Origin: Octopus vulgaris
Taxonomy: Eukaryota
Length of the DNA: 64,000 nt
Reading direction: 5' to 3'
NCBI GenBank assembly: GCA_951406725.2
Contig: OX597833.1
Span: forward strand, 13,144,001-13,208,000
Below, one piece after another: positions 13,473 to 25,676 of this stretch (its first letter is position 1; every line of letters begins with the position of its first letter). The translations under genes were made by a program, and so were the position numbers. Below the pieces are notes generated by a model. That model was given only the letters and a program-made list of their open reading frames with translations, did not search any database and was not told where the DNA came from.

Positions 13473-14513
13473 TGTTGAACTGTATGTTACAGGTTAGAGC
13501 TGTGATTAAATTTAACACGATGAAACTTGAAACGAGAATACCGTTTAGATTTAATTATTGCATTGTGTGTTGTGCTCTAGAAGTTAGGTTGTAGTTTCAT
13601 TGCTGGGAAACAATTTGAAATTAGAGTTGGCTCTGAGAGTTTATTTCAGATTTAGATTATGTATAAAATGTTTACCGAACAGTTGGGTTTCACACGACTA
13701 TTGTGAAATAAAGAAAATGTGAAATTGAGAAATTTGAACTTAAGCTTAATTCTACTATATCATGTGAATTGTAGGGAGAAAGCTTCGACGATCCAAATAA
13801 ATAACACATTTCTATATTCATAGACACCTTAGTTTTTCATTCATTCGTCTTAAATCTTTTATTAAAATACAATAGTTTGATAGGACTGACTGTGAACAGT
13901 AAAATATAACATGCTGCTCACTCAAGAAAACACAAAGTAAGTGACCCACAAGCATTCAAGCAAACTGAGTCCTCAACTTGTCCCATTTGCCAAAAGATTT
14001 CCAAGGCATCAGCAAGCGTCAAGAGACACATACATGTCCATAGAACATGATCAACCACTATATTTCACTGAACCCTCACTCGTCGTTCACGACGAGACAA
14101 TCCATCATATATATATATATATATATATACACACAAATTGAGATAGGGGTTGTAAATGCAACCCTCCATGGGATAACATATATCCAATATACTGCTAGTA
14201 AAGCACCCAACAAAGTTAATAGATAAATGTTAAGAATTGCGATGCAATTAATTCATTTACTGTATTATATGGGAAAAGGTAAAATGTTTTACCACAAATT
14301 CATAATACAAAATAAGAAAATGGAGAAATACATCTTAATCAATAATCAACTACTAGATAATACCCAATCACATAATTTATTAAACCACTACATAAGAAAC
14401 TTTAAGGTCAAACATAATAATATAGAACAAAACAATATAAATTATGTGATTGGGTATTATCTGGTAGTTGATTATTGATTAAGATGTATTTCTCCATTTT
14501 CTCTTATTTTTGT

Positions 14514-14556
<43 letters not shown>

Positions 14557-14558
<2 letters not shown>

Positions 14559-16560
14559 CGGGAAGCTTTATGAAAATAGACAAAAGACGAAGGCAGGTGG
14601 AAAACAAACGAACAATTGTATTAGTATGGCGCTCAGGAAATATAAATAAAACAAGTCTTTAACGTTTCGAGCCTACGCTCTTCAACAGAAAGATACACAG
14701 AGAGAAAAAAAACACAGAAAGAAGGAGAGAAAAAAATGCGTGCAGTAGCTAACGAATCAACATGGCGATCTGATTTCGGCCAGAGGTCAAAGATCAAACA
14801 TGAGACGCGAGAGCGAAATAAGGGGAGATAATAGGGTTGATAATAGGGTTGATAATAGGGTTGAAGGACCAGCTAATAGTGCGTAGGAGGGGTCTGGACG
14901 TGTGTATGTATGGGGTTGGTGTATGTATTAGTATGTATAAGTATGTATAAGGGTGTGTGTGTGTGTGTGTGTGTGTATGAGAGAGTATTAGTGCGTAGGA
15001 TTGGTCTGGACGTGCGTATGTATGGGGTTGGTGTATGTATTAGTATGTATTAGTATGTATTAGTACGTATTAGTATATATAAGTGTGTGTGTGTGTGTAT
15101 GAGAGAGTATAAGTGCGTATGAGGGGTCTGGACGTGTGTATATATAGGGTTGGTGTATGTATTAGTATGTATTAGTATGTATTAGTACGTATTAGTATGT
15201 ATTAGTTGGTGTATGTATTAGTATGGCACATCATATATGATGTGATGTGTAAAGTCGTGTGGTGTAGTGAGAAGGGGGGGAGAAGGGGAGTGGAAGAAGA
15301 GGGGGAGGAGAGGGGGGAAGAGGAGAGGATGGGGGGAGGGGGAGGGGGAGGGGGAGGGGGAGGAAAGAGGGAGAGGGGGAGAGAGAAGGGGAGTGAGGGA
15401 GCAGAGGGAAGGGGAAGAGGGAAGGAGGGAGGGAGAAAGAGGGAAGAAGGGAAGGGGAGTAGGGGTGAAAGGATGAAGGACTGAAGAAGTAGGGGTCGGG
15501 GGGGAAAGGATAGGTGAGGGGGGTTAGATGAGGAGGGGAGGGAGAGTTGAGACCAAATGGCGTATAAGAGCGAAGAGAGAAGATTAATTCCTGTTCACGG
15601 CGCAAACGGGAATCCGGATGGCCTCTGTGTAAGGACAAACCGAACACAGATAGGTGTTGCAAGGAGTGACCGGTGGAGCGGAAATGGCGTGAGACCGGTG
15701 TGTCGTTCGCAAGGTGGATGTCACGAAGGTGTTCCGCGAACCGGTCAGCCAAGCGGCGTCCCGTTTGTCCGATGTACAAGGAATTGCAGAGAGAGCAAGA
15801 GATGCAATAGATAATATTGCTGGAGGTGCAGGTGAAGGAGTGGATGATGGGATAGGGTCGATGGTGGGTGCTAGTGAGGCGGGTGGTGTTGGAGAGGTAA
15901 GGGCAAGTGCGGCAACGTGGGCGGGAGCAGGGGAACGAGCCGGGTTGGGAGGTAGGGTCAGGGAAGGAGCTATGGACCAAAAGGTCTCGAAGGTTGTGGG
16001 CTCGTTTGAAAGAGGGGAGGGGTCGGTTAGGGAAGAGGTGTGAAGTGGACGGGTCGGACTGGAGACGACGGAAAGCTCGAAGAATGGTGCGTTGGAGACG
16101 TAGGGTCGTGGGGTGGTAAGTGAGGGGAAAAGGGAGGCGGGAGACTACAGGGCGGGTTCGGGGAGAGAGAGCAGATACACGGTCCACGGACCGTGCTCTG
16201 GCAAGGGCGGTGTGGATAGTGGTGAGGGGGTATCCACGTAGGGTGAAGTGGTGAGCCATACGTTGAGACTGAGTCTCAAAGTCATGGTCGTCACTACAGA
16301 GCCTACGTAGACGGAGGAATTGGGAATAGGGGATGGAAAGCTTGGTGTGTTCTGGGTGGGAGGAAGAGAAGTTGAGGTATGAGTGTGAGTCTGTGTGTTT
16401 GTAGTGAATGGAAGTGGTAAGAGTGGAGTGAAGAATGCTAACCGAAATGTCGAGGAAGGAGACAGAGGTGCTGGAGATAGTGGAAGTGAAGTGGAGGGCT
16501 GGATGGAAAGATTGGACGAAAGAGAGGAAGGAATCTAGATGTTCGCGGGAGAATTCTGGT
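14557..16560 (-). mobile_element. Penelope-like element (Neptune-like), 5'-truncated, with 3' pLTR abutting (TA)n
   Basis: ORF with RT C-terminal region and GIY-YIG domain; downstream ~120 bp tandem repeats; terminal segment recurring at 26366, 48255 and 49780. Confidence 0.92.
14656..14693 (-). ncRNA. Minimal type I hammerhead ribozyme motif, CUGUUGA core variant
   Basis: tcttt-CTGTTGA-A-GAGC-GTAG-GCTC-GAAA-CG-TT-aaaga: 5-bp stem I, 4-bp stem II, palindromic stem III. Confidence 0.75.
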
Positions 16561-16586
16561 GCATCTAAGTTAAGTACCATATTCAT
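15231..16586 (-). CDS. Penelope-like polyprotein fragment: RT C-terminus/thumb, Cys-rich linker, GIY-YIG endonuclease
   Basis: SFLDISV, YKHTDSHSYL..SSSHP, IPYSQFLRLRRLCS, RGYP, CSRPRCRTC, NIIYCISCSLC...YIGQTGRRL..RFAEH, EQELI...PFGLN; the start codon and Pro-rich tail are probably read-through. Confidence 0.9.
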   Translation of the reverse strand: MNMVLNLDAPEFSREHLDSFLSFVQSFHPALHFTSTISSTSVSFLDISVSILHSTLTTSIHYKHTDSHSYLNFSSSHPEHTKLSIPYSQFLRLRRLCSDDHDFETQSQRMAHHFTLRGYPLTTIHTALARARSVDRVSALSPRTRPVVSRLPFPLTYHPTTLRLQRTILRAFRRLQSDPSTSHLFPNRPLPSFKRAHNLRDLLVHSSFPDPTSQPGSFPCSRPRCRTCPYLSNTTRLTSTHHRPYPIIHSFTCTSSNIIYCISCSLCNSLYIGQTGRRLADRFAEHLRDIHLANDTPVSRHFRSTGHSLQHLSVFGLSLHRGHPDSRLRREQELIFSLRSYTPFGLNSPSPPHLTPLTYPFPPDPYFFSPSSFHPYSPSLLPSFSLPPSLFPFPLLPHSPSLSPSPSFLPLPLPLPLPPSSPLPPSPPPLLPLPFSPPSHYTTRLYTSHHI

Positions 16587-16614
16587 TTGAATTCATTTGA
16601 ATCTTAATTGTTTT

Positions 16615-16648
<34 letters not shown>

Positions 16649-16650
<2 letters not shown>

Positions 16651-17019
16651 GCGCAGGAGTGGCTGTGTGGTAAGTAGCTTGCTAACCAACCACATGGTTC
16701 CGGGTTCAGTCCCACTGCGTGGCATCTTGGGCAAGTGTCTTCTGCTATAGCCCCCGGCCGACCAATGCCTCGTGAGTGGATTTGGTAGACGGAAACTGAA
16801 AGAAGCCTGTCGTATATATGTATATATATATAAGTGTGTGTGTATATATTTGTGTGTCTGTGTTTGTCCCCCTAGCATTGCTTGACAACCGATGCTGGTG
16901 TGTTTACGTCCCCGTCACTTAGCGGTTCGGCCAAAGAGACCGATAGAATAAGTACTGGGCTTACAAAGAATAAGTCCCGGGGTCGATTTGCTTGACTAAA
17001 GGCTGAAACAAGTAAAAGA

Positions 17020-17020
<1 letters not shown>
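16649..17020 (+). mobile_element. tRNA-derived SINE family A (CORE-like body, internal TA/TG microsatellite)
   Basis: A box TGGCTGTGTGG, B box GGTTCAGTCCC, CORE-like CTTGGGCAAGTG. Confidence 0.93.
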
Positions 17021-17108
<88 letters not shown>

Positions 17109-17502
17109 TTCATTGTGTGTTTACGCCTTACTTCTACTCGTACGTGTATTTCCAAGAGAACAGCTGCAATGTAAATAGTAAATTATACAGCTAAACATAA
17201 GTTTGTTATGTACGTATTTCATACACAACAACTCACACACATGACATCACACAAACACAGATGTAAGTACATTCATACATATATATATATTTAATATATT
17301 TATATTCTTAATTATATTCTCATATAAACATACACACACACACACACACAAACATATATATATATATATATAAATATGTCACAATACATGGATTTAATTT
17401 GTGATATTTTCTTATTGTTAAATAAAATTTTATCAAACTATTTCTTAGTGATTTATAACTTTATGCTTGTGTATATATATATATATATATATGTACTTAC
17501 CC

Positions 17503-17803
17503 CACACATACATACATACATACATACATACATACACACACACATACATACAAACACACATACACACACATACATACATACAAACACACACACACGTACA
17601 TACATACACACACACACATACATACATACATACATACATACACACACATACATACATACAAACACACACACATACATACATGCAAACACACACACACACA
17701 CACACATACACACACACACACATACACACACACACACATACATACAAACACACATACATACACACACACACACACACATACATACATACAAACACACACA
17801 CAC

Positions 17804-17848
<45 letters not shown>

Positions 17849-18032
17849 TACAAACACACACACACACATACAAACACACACACACATACATACAAACACA
17901 CACACACATACATAGATGCAAACACACACACACACATACACACAAACACACACACACACACACACACACACAACACACACACATACATACAAACACACAC
18001 ACACATACATACACACACACATACATACACAC

Positions 18033-18094
<62 letters not shown>

Positions 18095-18125
18095 GTATGT
18101 ATGTATGTACACGTGTGTGTGTGTG
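17503..18125. repeat. Compound (CA)n/(TACA)n microsatellite
   Basis: Direct reading. Confidence 0.95.
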
Positions 18126-18396
18126 AAAAAGCGAGGTGGTAGGTGGATACACTTCGACAAGCAAAAAGACAGGCAGACAGACAGACTGGCAAGCCGACAG
18201 TCTGACAGATATTCATGTCAATGTATTTGTTTATCTGTAACGATATTTGGTATCTCGTCCAAAATAAACATCTTGGCACTAAGAATAATATAGAGACGAT
18301 CATACACCGACATACTTGCAGCTAACATGAATCGCAATTATCCCATTGGACCCATAACCAAGTAGTGGAACTTCTGCTGCTGCTGCTGCTACTGCC

Positions 18397-18429
<33 letters not shown>

Positions 18430-18504
18430 ACTACTACTACTGCTACTGCTGCTGCTGCTGCTTTTGCTGCTGCTGCTTTTGCTGCTGCTGCTTTTGCTGC
18501 TGTT

Positions 18505-19054
18505 GTTTGTTTGTTGAGCGAAGCGGTCTTCGTCCCAGATTGTCTGTAGAAGTCCGAAACGTGGTCCTTTGCTATTCGTAAGACCCGCAGAAGAGAAAGC
18601 AGGTCAACCCCCCGACCCATACATACAAACACACACACACACACATACATACACACACATACATACAAACACACACACACATACATACATACAAACACAC
18701 ACATACACATACATACATACATGCAACACACACACACACACACATACATACATACAAACACACACACATACATACATACATACAAGCATCGACGGGCGGA
18801 TGGATGAATGCGCATCCAGGCTCAGCGGTTGCGTAGGAAGTCGGGGAGGACAAGAAACAGGAAGAAAGAGTGAGAGAGAAAGTTGGAGCGAAAGAGTACA
18901 ACAGGGGTCGCCACCCCACCCGCGCTACCGGAGCCTCATGGAGCTTTAGGTGTTTTCGCTCAATAAACACACACAACGCCCGGTCTGGGAATCGAAACCC
19001 CGATCCTCCGACTGCGAGTCCGCTGCCCTAACCACTGGGCCATTGTGCCTCCAC
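18505..19054 (-). mobile_element. SINE family C variant with alternative tail, interrupted by a CA-rich microsatellite
   Basis: Family C head and body; tail ...TTCTGCGGGTCTTACGAATAGCAAAGGACC... shared with 45981-46510. Confidence 0.85.
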
Positions 19055-19304
19055 TGCTATTGCTGCTGCTGTCGCTGTGTCATAGATCAGGTGAGACGCT
19101 GAATCTGAGCTGCTTTAATTTTGTGAATGTAGAGTACAACGATGAGAAGTGCCAGAGAGCGGTTGGATGACGACTTCAATGACAACTGCTTCTCACGATT
19201 CACTGAAAATTTCCCGTTTCTGAACGTCTTCGATAAAAAGCAAATATATACAGTCGCATCTTCCGTCCGTCTCTCCATTTTCTTCTCCCTCTATTCCTGG
19301 TAGA

Positions 19305-19667
19305 GGGAGGCGCAATGGCCCAGTGGTTAGGGCAGCGGACTCGCGGTCATAGGATCGCGGTTTCGATTCCCAGACCGGGCGTTGTGAGTGTTTATTGAGC
19401 GAAAACACCTAAAAGCTCCACGAAGCTCCGGCAAGGGATGGTGGTGATCCCTGCTGTACTCTTTCACCACAACTTTCTCTCACTCTTACTTCCTGTTTCT
19501 GTTGTACCTGAATTTCAAAGCGCCGGCCTTGTCACTCTCTGGGACTACGTTAAGGGTACACGTGTCTGTGGAGTGCTCAGCCACTTACACGTTAATTTCA
19601 CGAGCAGGCTGTTCCGTTGATCGGATCAACCGGAACCCTCGTCGTAGTAACCGACGGAGTGCTTCCA
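19305..19667 (+). mobile_element. SINE family C with 15-bp target-site duplication
   Basis: TSD TCTATTCCTGGTAGA at 19290-19304 and 19668-19682. Confidence 0.95.
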
Positions 19668-19899
19668 TCTATTCCTGGTAGAATCATCTGGCATCTCCTC
19701 CACTGAATCCTCCCAGGATTACACGGTTATTGCATAAGGCCACAGTGTGGGGTAAAAAGAGGGTGGTTGTATCGGAGTACCCTGATCCTCATTCAAACAT
19801 TCATTTCCTCATTCAATCATTAACACTAAATGATACATAAGTTGCAGGTCATTCATAACTGATAGTAAAGTAAATATCTCCAAATACTTATAATTGTTT

Positions 19900-20065
19900 A
19901 TATTTTCGTCACGAATTGGCGATAACTTTTAAGGTTGTGTGCTTGTGTTGGCTACATCTGGGTTTGAAGGTGTTGATGGATAAACCGAAGTAATCTTTGG
20001 ACACAACTGAAGAGGATGTAATACGATACACCAAGCAGATGATGACGCAGACATAAGTATGGTAG
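19900..20065 (-). pseudogene. Degenerate GIY-YIG (Penelope-like) remnant
   Basis: CLVYRITSSSVVSKDYFGLSINTFKPRCSQHKHT resembles VIY...YIG...FK.R...H. Confidence 0.5.
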
Positions 20066-20255
20066 TTACAGCTACTAGAAGCGTTTACCGGAGATTTAGA
20101 GCAGACCCCAAAATACCATCTCGCCCTCACAAAACATCAAAATGACGACGATGATGACAACGACGAAGAAGATGAAGAAAATGAAGATGATGACTATAAT
20201 GATAATATTGAAAATTATTATTATTATTATTATTATTATTATTGCGAATCATAAA

Positions 20256-20720
20256 GACGGCGAGCTGGCAGAATTGTTAGCACGCCGGGCGAAATGCTTA
20301 GCGGTATTTCGTCTGCTGCTAAGTTCTGAGTTCAAATTCTGCCGAGGCCGACTTTGCCTTTCATTCTTTCGGGGTCAAATAAATTAAGTACCAGTGGAGT
20401 ACTTGGGTAGATATAACGGACAAGTCTCCTCCTACCACATTTCAGGCCTTGTGCCTATAGTAGAAAGGATTATTATTATTATTGCGAATCATAAAGGCGG
20501 CGAGCTAGCAGAATCGTTAGCACAGGGTACAAAATACTTAGCGGAGTTCGTCCGTCTTTACGTTTCTTAGTTCAAATACCGCTGGGGTCCGCAACGCCTT
20601 TCATCCCTTCGGGGTCAAAAAAATAAGCACCAGTTGCTATCTGGAGCCGATGAAATCGACTAGTCTCCCCACCCCATCCCACCAAATTTCGGGACTTTTT
20701 TGCCTATCGTAGAAAGGATT
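20256..20720 (+). mobile_element. Two adjacent family B SINEs with the alternative tail (GTGCCTAT.GTAGAAAGGATTAT)
   Basis: Two heads at about 20256 and 20495, each preceded by ATTATTGCGAATCATAAAG. Confidence 0.8.
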
Positions 20721-20797
20721 ATGGCGAATTCCTGTCAAACGAATTCTACATTTCGCAAGTATAGCAATTCGTTGTTAAAGTAGTGGTAACAGCAGTG

Positions 20798-20859
<62 letters not shown>

Positions 20860-21051
20860 GGTGGTAGTAGTAGTTGTATGAAAGATCCCTTTAGATACAT
20901 AATGTCAAAGAAATCCGGGTTTGTTTCTTGTTTTTGTCAGAACTGTTCGGATGAGCGAACGTAAACCAGAAGGACAAATGAATGAGAATGAAGTATTAAT
21001 GTGGAAAGGACGATTTTCTGCTGTCACAGTGAGTGCGCGTGCGCATAAACA

Positions 21052-21092
<41 letters not shown>

Positions 21093-21170
21093 ATGGGCGT
21101 GTGTGTATGTGTATCTATTTACACACAGACATACACACACGCACATGTGTTTACATATAATGATGCATAA

Positions 21171-21570
21171 CGGCGCCGGAGTGGCTGTGTGATAAGTAGC
21201 TTGCTTACCAACCACACGGTTCCGGGTTCAGTCCCACTGCGTGGCACCTTGGGCAAGTGTCTTCTACTATAGCCTCGGGCCGACCAAAGCCTTGTGAGTG
21301 GATTTGGTAGACGGAAACTGAAAGAAGCCCGTCGTATATATATATATGTATATATGTGTGTGTGTTTGTGTGTCTGTGTTTGTCTCCCTAACATCGCTTG
21401 ACAACTGATGCTGGTGTGTTTACGTCCCCGTAACTTAGCGGTTAGGCAAAAGAGACCGATAGGATAAGTACTAGGCTTAGAAAGAATAAGTCCCGGGGTC
21501 GATTTGCTCGACTAAAAGGCGGTGCTCCAGCATGGCCGCAGTCAAATGACTGAAACAAGTAAAAGAGAAA
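21171..21570 (+). mobile_element. SINE family A, full length
   Basis: Head to tail GGCGGTGCTCCAGCATGGCCGCAGTCAAATGACTGAAAC. Confidence 0.95.
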
Positions 21571-21621
21571 GAGAATATATATATATATACATATATACAT
21601 ATATAAACATGTGTGTATGTA

Positions 21622-21670
<49 letters not shown>

Positions 21671-21846
21671 ACCTGTGTGCATCTATGTATGCAAGCCAAC
21701 CGGTGTTTCAGCTGAACTGTTTTGCGAGCACAGACAGGATTTACAAATAGAATTTTGTGTTTACGTTTGGTTCATGATGAGAAAGACATTTCTGACCAAA
21801 AAAAAAAAAAAAAAATCAAGCAATGTTAGTGGTAAGCCAGCATATA

Positions 21847-22050
21847 TACGGGTGGCGCTGAAAAGTTCCTGGCTTTGGGTAAAAGAAAATACGGGAGGAA
21901 GATCAGTTAATTATGATTTTATTCCACATATTCTCCTCTGAGATTCACACACTTATTGCAGCGGCCCTTGAGTTTTTCTAAGCCTTGTAAAAGTACTCGG
22001 AAGGTTGGGTCTTCAGTCAGGTCCATCACGATATTCAAAGCCGGAATATT
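21847..22050 (-). mobile_element. Mariner-derived terminal fragment; second copy at about 57826-58030
   Basis: TIR-like TACG(G/A)G..GC(T/C)GAAAAGTTCCTGG; two diverged copies. Confidence 0.65.
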
Positions 22051-22128
22051 TACATCACTTCCTCGTATATATGTGAGTATGCACGTGTGTGTGTATGTAT
22101 ATATATGTTTATATATGTTTATATATAA

Positions 22129-22292
22129 GCGCAGGGGTGGCTGTGTGGTTAGTAGCTAGCTTGCCAACCACATGGTTCCGGGTTCAGTCCCACTGCGTGG
22201 CATCTTGGGCAAGTGTCTTCTACTATAGCCTCGGGCCGACCAAAGCCTTGTGAGTGGATTTGGTAGACGGAAACTGAAAGAAGCACGTCGTA

Positions 22293-22360
<68 letters not shown>

Positions 22361-22557
22361 TCCCCCTAGCATTGCTTGACAACCGATGCTGGTGTGTTTA
22401 TGTCCCCGTTACTTAGCGGTTCGGCAAAAAGCGACCGATAGAATAAGTACTGGGCTTACAAAGAATAAGTCCCGGGGTCGAGTTGCTCGACTAAAAGGCG
22501 GTGCTTCAGCATGGCCGCAGTCAAAATGACTGAAACAAGTAAAAAGAGTAAAAGAGT
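22129..22557 (+). mobile_element. SINE family A, full length
   Basis: As above. Confidence 0.95.
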
Positions 22558-22880
22558 ATGTGTGTATATATATATATATATATACATAAAACTAGAGAAG
22601 AAATATAAAAATATATAGAAACATATATAAAATTGCACAAAATATAATTCAATAAATGATTCGGCTACTTTGAATGTTTTCATTTATGCGTTCGGAAATC
22701 TGTTTGACGGCCTATTTTCTCTATTTTGTATTTTTTGGCTGACGATGATAATGGTGGTGATGGTGATGATCGTGGTGGTGGTGGTGGTGGTGGTGGTGGT
22801 GGTGGTGGTGGTGGTGTGGTGTTCATCACGATGCTGCTGCTGATACTGATGGTGGTAGTGTTCACGATGATGGTAACAAT

Positions 22881-23778
22881 TACGTTCTGAGTTCAAATTC
22901 CGCCGAGGTCGACTTTGCTTTTCATCCTTTCGGGGTCGGTAAATTAAGTACCAGTTACGTGCTGGGGTCGATGTAATCGACTTAATACCTATGTCTGTCC
23001 TTGTTTGTCTCCTCTAAGTTTAGCCCTTGTGGGTAATAAAGAAATAGGTATTTCGTCTGGCGCAACGTTCTGAGTTCAAATTCCGCCGAGGTCGACTTTG
23101 CTTTTCATCCTTTCGAGGTACATAAATTAAGTACCAGTTACGTACTGGTGTCGATATAATCGACTTAATCCCTTTGTCTGTCCTTGTTTGTCCTCTCTCT
23201 GTTTAGCCCCTTGTGGGTAATAAAGAAATAGGTATTTCGTCTGGCGCAAAGTTGTGAGTTCAAATTCCGCCGAGGTCGACTTTGCTTTTCAGCCTTTCGG
23301 GGTCGGTAAATTAAGTACCAGTTACGTACTGGGGTCGATGTAATCGACTTAATACCTATGTCTGTCCTTGTTTGTCCCCTCTAAGTTTAGCCCCTTGTGA
23401 GTAATAAAGAAATAGGTATTTCGTCTGGCGCAACGTTGTGAGTTCAAATTCCGCCGAGGTCGACTTTGCTTTTCATCCTTTCGGGGTCGGTAAATTAAGT
23501 ACCAGTTACGCACTGGTCGATGTAATCGACTTAATACCTATGTCTGTCCTTGTTTGTCCCCTCTAAGTTTAGCCCCTTGTGAGTAATAAAGAAATAGGTA
23601 TTTCGTCTGGCGCAACGTTGTGAGTTCAAATTCCGCCGAGGTCGACTTTGCTTTTCATCCTTTCGGGGTCGGTAAATTAAGTACCAGTTACGCACTGGTC
23701 GATGTAATCGACTTAATACCTATGTCTGTCCTTGTTTGTCCTCTCTATGTGTAGCCCCTTGTGGGTAATAAAGAAATA
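22881..23778 (+). mobile_element. Five head-less ~183 bp family B SINE units in tandem, bounded by one TSD
   Basis: Units start at about 22882, 23065, 23250, 23433 and 23615; GGTAACAAT at 22872-22880 and 23779-23787. Confidence 0.92.
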
Positions 23779-24164
23779 GGTAACAATGATATTTAAAATG
23801 GCGCTTGCTGCTGAAGATGATGATGATGATGATGATGATTATGATGATGGCGGTGGTGGTAGTGGCGGTGCACGTGATGTTGATGGCTGTGAGTGATGGC
23901 GACGGCGATGTCGATGGCGATGGTAATGAAAGTGGTATGGTGTAGCTGCTCTGTGAAGACGGAAATAGAAACCAGACTGAGAAACCAGCCTAACAACTGG
24001 CTGGGACATCTGTTTTATGAATCGACGAACAGTTGAGGGAGATTAGCCAAGGCTGTGCGGGGCTTTCTGCGCTTGCACCTCTCTGTATACACACATGCAT
24101 ATACACATACTTCAATACATATATACATACATACTCTTTTTTCTGCCTCTCATACACACACACA

Positions 24165-24481
24165 CACATATATATATACGTACATATACACAGATATACA
24201 CACATACACACACACACATATATATACGTACATATACACAGATGTACACACATACACACACACACATATATATATATACGTACATATACACAGATGTACA
24301 CACATACACACACACACACGTACATATACACAGATGTACACACACACACACACACACACGTACATATACACAGATGTACACACATACACACACACACACA
24401 CACACACGTACATATACACAGATGTACACACATACACACACACACACACACGTACATATACACAGATGTACACACATACAC

Positions 24482-24490
<9 letters not shown>
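24165..24490. repeat. Minisatellite CGTACATATACACAGATGTACA(CA)n
   Basis: About six variable-length units. Confidence 0.9.
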
Positions 24491-24541
<51 letters not shown>

Positions 24542-25055
24542 CCTTATATGTTGTAATATATATTTATGCATATATACATCTATTCATATATATCTGTATG
24601 CACGTACATGTATACATACATACATACATACATTCATACATATGTATACATATATAAAATATCGTGTACATTATATATATATATATATGTATGCATGGGT
24701 ATATACTTGTATGTACATACTTACATACACACATACACGCGCACACACACATACGCACACAAACACACATACACACATATTGGTAAACGCACATGAACAT
24801 AGGCTGTACAATCTTAGTTAATCTAAACCCCACGCTCAATCACCGAGTGTGCTCAACAACTTCGTTGGTGTTATGATTTTATGTCTACAGGAATTAAACA
24901 AACAGAAAGAATGGATGTCGCATGTACAACATGCACAAGATATGTAATGCTTATCACTTTTTACTTCACGAGCCTCATGAGTCATCGCCTGTTTTGACGA
25001 CTATTCACATCATCAGCCACTGTTGATCGAAGGACAGGTACTCATTTAGCTATAC

Positions 25056-25293
25056 GGCGACGAGCTGGTAGAAACGTTAGCACGCCGGGCGAAATGCTTA
25101 GAGGTATTTTGTCTGCCGCTACGTTCTGAGTTCAAATTCCGCCGAGGTCGACTTTGCCTTTCATCCTTTCGCGGTCGATTAAATAAGTACCAGTTACGCA
25201 CTGGGGTCGATATAATCGACTTAATCCGTTTGTCTGTACTTGTTTGTCCTCTCTGTGTTCCTGTGTTTAGCCCCTTGTGGGTAGTAAAGAAAT
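25056..25293 (+). mobile_element. SINE family B, full length, 17-bp TSD
   Basis: AGGTACTCATTTAGCTA at 25036-25052 and 25294-25310. Confidence 0.95.
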
Positions 25294-25676
25294 AGGTACT
25301 CATTTAGCTACACAATATATAGCAGTTTGTTGCCCTGAGTATGAATCTAAACTGTACTCGGTTGTGGTGCTCTGATTCGAAAGTTCTAGGCTTTTGATGA
25401 GTGCGTAACATCCCCTTAGCCACTATTGTTACCAGATCTGCTCGCACCCGGAGGACAAGCGCCTACTTTGGATCCAACTGTGGGCAAATTAAATTGTTAT
25501 ATAAATGCCTGCAGAAGAAGATCACTGCGAGACCCCTCAACAGACCCTGTCAGATGAGAGCCTTCAGCTCTTTAGCTGCTTGCCGAGGAGAAAGCGACCC
25601 CATATATTTTAAGCATCTGCTACGATTTTGGCAATTGCTGCACTGCACAAGGCCAGTCTAAGTTTGAAGAACAATA

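Noticed and set aside
15557-16119. Plus-strand ORFs overlapping the Penelope ORF
   Set aside because: Antisense shadows of a GC-rich coding region
18543-18570. CTGTAGAAGTCCGAAACGTGGTC hammerhead-like string
   Set aside because: There is no stem II and the core is not conserved in the second copy at about 46000
19305-19380. tRNA gene (Arg-like, CTCGCGG loop)
   Set aside because: It is the head of a multi-copy SINE with TSDs; a proper acceptor stem is not evident
22881-23778. CRISPR-like regular array
   Set aside because: Whole units repeat with no unique spacers; it is a SINE concatemer in eukaryotic DNA
23940-24085. Unique GC-richer segment as a possible host exon (also 25330-25660, 38690-38950, 51450-51700)
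   Set aside because: No recognisable protein motif or convincing splice-bounded frame; this cannot be supported without transcript data
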